Source: Octopus sinensis
Taxonomy: Eukaryota
Assembly (NCBI RefSeq): GCF_006345805.1
Contig: NC_043017.1
Coordinates: forward strand, 30,132,001 to 30,196,000
Direction of reading: 5' to 3'
DNA length: 64,000 bases
Below the pieces are notes generated by a model that was not told the origin of the DNA, searched no databases, and saw nothing but the letters and a program-made list of their open reading frames with translations. Numbering within the stretch: the first letter of the stretch is position 1; the number at the start of each line of letters is the position of its first letter. The translations under genes and the position numbers were made by a program. Below, in pieces: positions 57,695 to 64,000 of this stretch.

Positions 57695-58654
57695 CATACA
57701 CACACATATATATATATAGATATATATACATACACACACATATATATATATAGATATATATACATACACACACATAATAATATATATATATATATACATA
57801 CACACATATATATATAGATATATATACATACACACACATATATATATAGATATATATACATACACACACATATATATATATAGATATATATATACATACA
57901 CACACATATATATATATAGATATATATACATACACACACATATATATATAGATATATATACATACACACACATATATATAGATATATATATATACATACA
58001 CACACAAAGATATATAGATATATATATATACATACACACACATAAAGATATATAGATATATATATATATACATACACATATATATATAGATATATATACA
58101 TACACACACATATATATATATATATATACACATACACACACACATATATATATACATACACACATATTTATATATTACACACACACACACACATATATAC
58201 ATACACATACACACACACATATATATATACACACACATATATATATATATACACACACACATATATATATATACACACACACACATATATATATACACAC
58301 ACACACATATATATATACACACACATATATATATACATACACACACACACATATATATATACATACAAACACACACATATATACATACACACACATATAT
58401 ATACATACACACACACATATATACATACACACACACATATATATACATACACACACACATATATATACATACACACACACATATATATACATACACACAC
58501 ACATATATATACATACACACACACATATATACATACACACACATATATATATACATACACACACACATATATACATACACACACACATATATACATACAC
58601 ACACACACATATATATACATACACACACATATATATACATACACACACACACAC

Positions 58655-58689
<35 letters not shown>

Positions 58690-58690
58690 T
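56960..58690. repeat. ~1.7-kb (TA)n/(CA)n/(TAGA) compound array with ~30-40 bp higher-order unit
   Basis: Repeating ATAGATATATATACATACACACACATATAT-type units. Confidence 0.97.
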
Positions 58691-58849
58691 TTATATTTAC
58701 CTTCATACATACATTGGTGCGTGAGGGTACTTGAGGACATCTAATGATAAGAATTTTACAATCTTCAAACCAATTATATGTAATTTTTTTGTTATTTCTC
58801 TATTTATTTTATTTCATTTCTGGTAGACGAAATTGTAACACAAAACTAA

Positions 58850-59620
58850 AACAGACAGTGTTGCCGTATATCCGCTCTACATCGATTTGGAAATTGCCAG
58901 CTTTCTTCGTGTTGCAAATACGTTTGTTCACAATGTTCGGATGGAATTGGAAACCTTTCAAGGAAAACTTGCAAGTGCATCAAAGAGAAATAAAAGACTT
59001 TCTATGTAAACATATGGACACTATTAACAAACCGCAATTTACCCAACAGGTTGTATACATTATCGATAATGATACCGAAGAGTCAGCGAGGATCATAGGG
59101 ATGCTATTTTTGTGTCGGTGTGGACTATCAGAACTGTGGAGCACGCGGATACTCGATACAAGCCGTATACCTGTACTGAAGAGAGGTCGATCCACACCTG
59201 CACAGATGTTTTCAAACTGTTTTTTTTTTTTCTGACAAACAGTTACTTAAAAGGTTATACAACTTCACTCACATACAGTATTACTTCTCTGATAGGTAAG
59301 CCTTTGATCGCAGCCAATATCGGTTGACTCCCTATATTGTGTAGATCATCTGGATTTTCTAATGTTGTCTTCCTTCTTGGTAGATATATATTCTACAGAC
59401 TTTTGAGTACGTCTTTCAGGCTAAAATAAACAGGCAGAACACAAATGTACCTAAGTCTGTAAATTTTAGAACCAGTGGACTTCCATTAGCACAATTATAT
59501 GCAACCCTGGGGAACATTTATTTACAAGAATACTTGACGAAATCCATACACGCTTGTTTACTTTCGTCATGAAACCGATATTTATCCCAGAGACTATCAG
59601 ATGGAGTCGATGCAGTGTTG
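58850..59620 (+). mobile_element. Decayed Tc1/mariner (maT/Bmmar1-like) transposase remnant
   Basis: Frameshifted DLEIASFLRVANTFVHNVRMELE, DTINKPQFTQQVVYIIDND and VSVWTIRTVEHADTRYKPY...KRG match the paired-HTH N-terminus of this group as I recall it. Confidence 0.7.
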
Positions 59621-60379
59621 CACATGACACACTGCAGGCATTACTGTCAAGTATAAAAGGATATAAAAGCTACTGTAAGACTAACTGATTGATTGCTAAA
59701 CAAATTTGCTGATTCACAAGCATGGATGTGAGGTTATTAAAGACTTATTGTGTTACACCTAAGTAAGACGAATATTGTTTGCTTAAAAGTATATAAAGAT
59801 GTACATCTGTATTCAGTTTATAGAAATCAGTGAAATAACCCTTCTTTCTCTCCTTGTTTCTCTCTCAATTAATCACACATGAACATACACACACACAAAC
59901 ACACATGTAGATATGTATATGTTAATATATGTGATTATATTAATATAATATATAATATGGCTTAATCATTAGGATGTTACAACTTACGACCGTAAGATTA
60001 TGCTTTCGACTGCCGGACCTGACCATGCGTGCTTCGATCGTGTGTAAAATTCTTCATTTCACTTTGTTCCACTCCATACAGGCAAAAATAATTTATTTTG
60101 TGAGGGAGTGGCTTCCCGTCCCATGGAAAAAAATATACACGCCTCGATTTGTTCGAGTAAAATACGACCAAGCGGTGCTCCAGCCTGGCCGCAATCAAAT
60201 GAGTGAAGCATGGAAAAGAATAAAAGAAAAGAAGCATCTATACGCACACACGCGAGCAAATACAGACCTATATAAAAAAAATGATATATTATATTAATTA
60301 TATATATTATTTGTTATTTATGTATTGGTTTATGTCTATCACTGTTTGATTTGCATAATAGTGGTTTTATCTCTAATTC

Positions 60380-60417
<38 letters not shown>

Positions 60418-60811
60418 TAATGTACTTATGCGTTTGTATGTACGTGTATACACTCGTATGTATGAATGCATACACAATTATAAAGTCTGCTGTGTACTTT
60501 CCTTTATATAATTGCCATACCCTTAATTCAGTTAATTCTCTAATACAAATCCGTCTATCATCAAGCTTTCTGCTTCATTTCGTTTAATTTTAATTATACA
60601 GATTTTATAATCCAGACTGCAACTTAAATAGTGAGGTTGTAGAAAGAAACGTGCCCACTGCATGTGCTCTGAAGGATTCAAACACTCAGGTATACATGCA
60701 TACATACATACGTATATACATACATTCGTACACTCATGTGTATGTGTGCGTGCATGTGTTGGCGTGTGTGTATGCATATAATTAAATATGTACATATAAA
60801 CATATAAATCT

Positions 60812-60876
<65 letters not shown>

Positions 60877-61327
60877 TATATATATATAGGTTTAAGTAAT
60901 ATACAATTATATAGACCAAGAAATATCTGAAGTTTATTAATTATTAATTGAATTTAAAATCAACATTGATTCTCATCTCATTATAGTTCACAGTAAACTA
61001 AACGCATTATTTCTAAATAAGAGATTAATCTCTCTCTCTCTCTCTCTCTGTCTATATTATATATATATATATATATTCATATTGCAATCTGTATAAAAAT
61101 AGACAAAATAATCAGTTAGCAGCTTTAACTACTAATCGCAAACTAATTCAAATTTTACTGATAAAGTTTTTAAAAATTGGCTGGTATATCTTCTAGGAAA
61201 CTTTAAACGTTCGTTTTTAATTTAATAAACATTATAATAATCTCTATCTTTGGGCATGGAATTTATGTAATGTTGTAAATAGTGTTACGAATAAATTTCA
61301 AAATTTATTCATACAATATACATAATC

Positions 61328-61550
61328 GCAGGAGTGGCTGTGTATACGCGCAGGAATGCCTGTGTGGTAAGTTCCTTGCTTACAAGCCACATGATTCAGG
61401 GTTCAGTCCCACTGCGTTGCCCCTTGGGGAAGTGTCTTCTATAACCTCGGGCCAACCAAAGCCTTGTGAGTGGATTTGGTAGATGGAAACTGAAAGAAAT
61501 CCGCCCTATATATGCATATGCATATGTATGTGTATATATATATATATAAT

Positions 61551-61581
<31 letters not shown>

Positions 61582-61810
61582 GCGTGCGTGCGTGCGTGCG
61601 TGCGTGTGTTTTTCCCCCAACATCTCTTGACAGCCGATGCTGGTGTGTTTACGCCCCCGTAAAAACACTAGCATCGGTTTGGAAAAAGAGACAGATAACA
61701 GAAGTACCAGGCTTACGAAGAATAAGTCACAGGGTCGCCTTGCTGGACCAAAGGTGGTGCTCCAGCATAGCCGCAGTCATATGACTGAAACAAGTAAAAG
61801 AGTAAAAGAG
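61328..61810 (+). mobile_element. SINE family A with duplicated 5' tip
   Basis: GCAGGAGTGGCTGTGT is repeated as GCAGGAATGCCTGTGTGG; full body and tail present. Confidence 0.9.
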
Positions 61811-61850
61811 TGAGATTAATATTTGATTTTTGATGATTATCTTATATAAA

Positions 61851-62480
61851 GCGGCGAGTTAGGAGAATCGTTACCGCGACGGGCAGAATGACTAACCTCA
61901 TTTCGTCTGTCTTTACATTCCGATTTTAAAATTCCACCGAAGTCCACTATACCCTTCATGCTAGGTAGGGGTTTAATAAAATAAGTACCTGTTGAACAAT
62001 GGAATTGATGTGATCGACTTCCACCCTTCACCCGAAATTGCTGGCTTTGTGCCAAAATTTTAAATCACTATAATGCGTCGAGATGGCAGGATCGTTTGTC
62101 CGTTTTTACATTTTGAGTTCAAATTCCGCCGAGGTCAACATTATCTTTTATCCTATAGGAGGCGATTAAATAAACACCGGTAGAGCACTGGGGTCGATGT
62201 TGTCAACTTACCCACTTCCCCGAAATTGATTGGCCGTGTGATCTAATCTGTAGTCAATAATTATCTCATTATTAAAGGCAGTGAGCTGGCTGAATCTTTA
62301 CCACGCTGGGCAAACTGCTTAGCACTATTTTGTCAGTCTTTATCTTCTGAGTTCAAGTTCCGCCCTGGTCGACTTTGCCTTTCATCGATTTCGGTTCGGT
62401 AAAATAAATACCAGTTGAGTACTGACGTCGACTTAATTAACTTACTCTCCAACCCATAATTACTGGACTTGAATTAACAT
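61851..62480. mobile_element. Cluster of three degenerate SINE family B copies
   Basis: Pieces at ~61851-62062 (mixed orientation), ~62078-62240 (+) and ~62277-62480 (+), with GAGTTCAAATTCCGCCGAGG / GTCGACTTTGCCTTTCATC. Confidence 0.75.
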
Positions 62481-62510
62481 TTGGCACCGATAATTATCCA
62501 GGTATATATA

Positions 62511-62699
62511 GGCGCAGGAGTGGCTGTGTGGTAAGTAGCTTGCTTACCAACCACATGGTTCCGGGTCCAGTCCCACTGCGCGGTTCCTTGGGCAAGCGTC
62601 TTCTACTATAGCCTCGGGCCGACCAAAGCCTTGTGAGTGGATTTGGTAGACAGAAACTGAAAGAAGCCCGTCGTATATATATATATATGTATGTATATG

Positions 62700-62745
<46 letters not shown>

Positions 62746-62923
62746 TAGCATTGCTTGACAACCGATGCTGGTGTGTTTATGTCCACGTCACTTAGCGGTT
62801 CGGCAAAAGAGACCGAGAGAATAAGTACTGGGCTTACAAAGAATAAGTCCCGGGGTCGAGTTGCTCGACTAAAGGCGGTGCTCCAGCATGGCCGCAGTCA
62901 AATGACTGAAAAGTGTAAAAGAG
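62511..62923 (+). mobile_element. SINE family A, most intact copy
   Basis: GGCGCAGGAGTGGCTGTGTGGTAAG (A box)...GGGTCCAGTCCC (B box); CCTTGGGCAAG body; central (TA)(TG)n; tail GCATGGCCGCAGTCAAATGACTGAA. Confidence 0.93.
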
Positions 62924-63685
62924 TATATATATTCGTCGATTCTTTTCAGTTTTCTTTGCCTTAAAGAGACTTGCCATTTCCCAAAGAATTTTTTTCTGAA
63001 TTTGGCAGGAAGATACAAATGTACACCATTATAATGGTTAACGGGAAAAATAAATTCCCAGATCCAATTTACCCTCTTGTTAAAATATTTGTAAATAGAT
63101 TAACAAGGATATGTTGAAATGTTCGAGCGTGGCAAAGCAATCTTAGTCTTTTTTTTGCATTCTTATTAAGATATTCTTTCTCTCTCTCTCTCAAACAAAC
63201 ACACACACACAGCCAAGGAACCTGAATATATGACACGCAGCGTCACTCGATACCGCAACTGTAACTTTCAGTCGAATAATTCTATGATCAGAACAGATAT
63301 TACAATTTGGAATAGTATGCCTATCCCAATAAATGACTAGTACTAGATATAAAGAAATGTTGATAAAACGATTAAAACGTTGTGGCATCTCATACAGAAA
63401 GAATATCTTTTCTTGATATTTCTGTTGTAAGAGGGGAAATATTTAAGAGCAAACTTTGAGAATATTTTCTGCACTCAATTGGGTTTCCTTTCACAGTGTC
63501 CTAATCTGAAATTCCAAGAATTTTGCTTACAGCAGGCAGAACTGCGCTTTCTGCTTTTAAACAGCAATGAATACAATGAAAATGTAATATTGGGTAAGGA
63601 TTTTAACAGACAGGGTGCTTAAAGCAGGTACTTATGCAATGGGTGTATTGTGTCTTACGGACTGCTTTTGAATCTCCAATCTCAC

Positions 63686-63901
63686 CCAGTTTCTTCTGAA
63701 AGACAGCACTTATACATAGAAATAGTATCAGTCTTGTGTCTTGTTTTGTGGCTATATCGAGCAACCTAGTGAAGCAAGCTGCGGATGATTTGAAATCATC
63801 CAAAATATAGACTATTTTTGGACAAGAAAGTAATATTATCTTTCTATCAGCATACAACAACGGCATGAAAATTGCTGTTCTGTCAAGCATCAGCCTTTGT
63901 T
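63686..63901 (-). other. Candidate internal coding exon (216 nt, phase 1-1), product unrecognised
   Basis: Acceptor TTTTTGTTTTTGTCAG, donor G|GTGAGA, open in one frame only (QRLMLDRTAIFMPLLYADRKIILLSCPK...). No recognised homology. Confidence 0.2.
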
Positions 63902-64000
63902 CTGACAAAAACAAAAATGGTATTTTGTCATTCACCAGAATCTACAATGACAACGGTCAAACAGAAAAAGGATGAATAACACAGATATATCTCTACACAT

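Noticed and set aside
58744-59235. 163-aa ORF as a host gene
   Set aside because: It is a chance read-through across a frameshifted Tc1/mariner remnant whose motifs are spread over three frames.

Overview
This is AT-rich, repeat-dominated metazoan DNA with no host protein-coding exon that I can confidently recognise. Almost all long ORFs in the track are microsatellite artefacts (YI/HT/CV, poly-I/M/D/K). The SINE families match, from memory, those of Octopus (coleoid cephalopod), so the organism is an inference. The window looks like intergenic or large-intron space. It holds many tRNA-derived SINEs of three families and decayed LINE remnants (CR1-type, R4/Dong-type, an RLE-bearing 3' end, RTE). 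It also holds DNA-transposon fossils (Helitron helicase, Chapaev3-like, two Tc1/mariner, possible hAT), non-autonomous elements with intact termini (one Helitron, two MITEs with 8-bp TSDs) and kilobase-scale microsatellite arrays. The most interesting signal is a 51-nt sequence on the minus strand (15591-15641) that folds as a minimal type I hammerhead ribozyme. It has a compensatory G3:C8 core instead of C3:G8 and a palindromic stem III, and it sits in a short repeat inserted in (TA)n. Two other structures stand out: a perfect 54-bp inverted repeat enclosing about 0.9 kb of microsatellite, and a local duplication of a Helitron-SINE junction capped by a second SINE head. Most element boundaries were read by eye and are approximate. 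Family names come from recalled protein motifs, not database searches.
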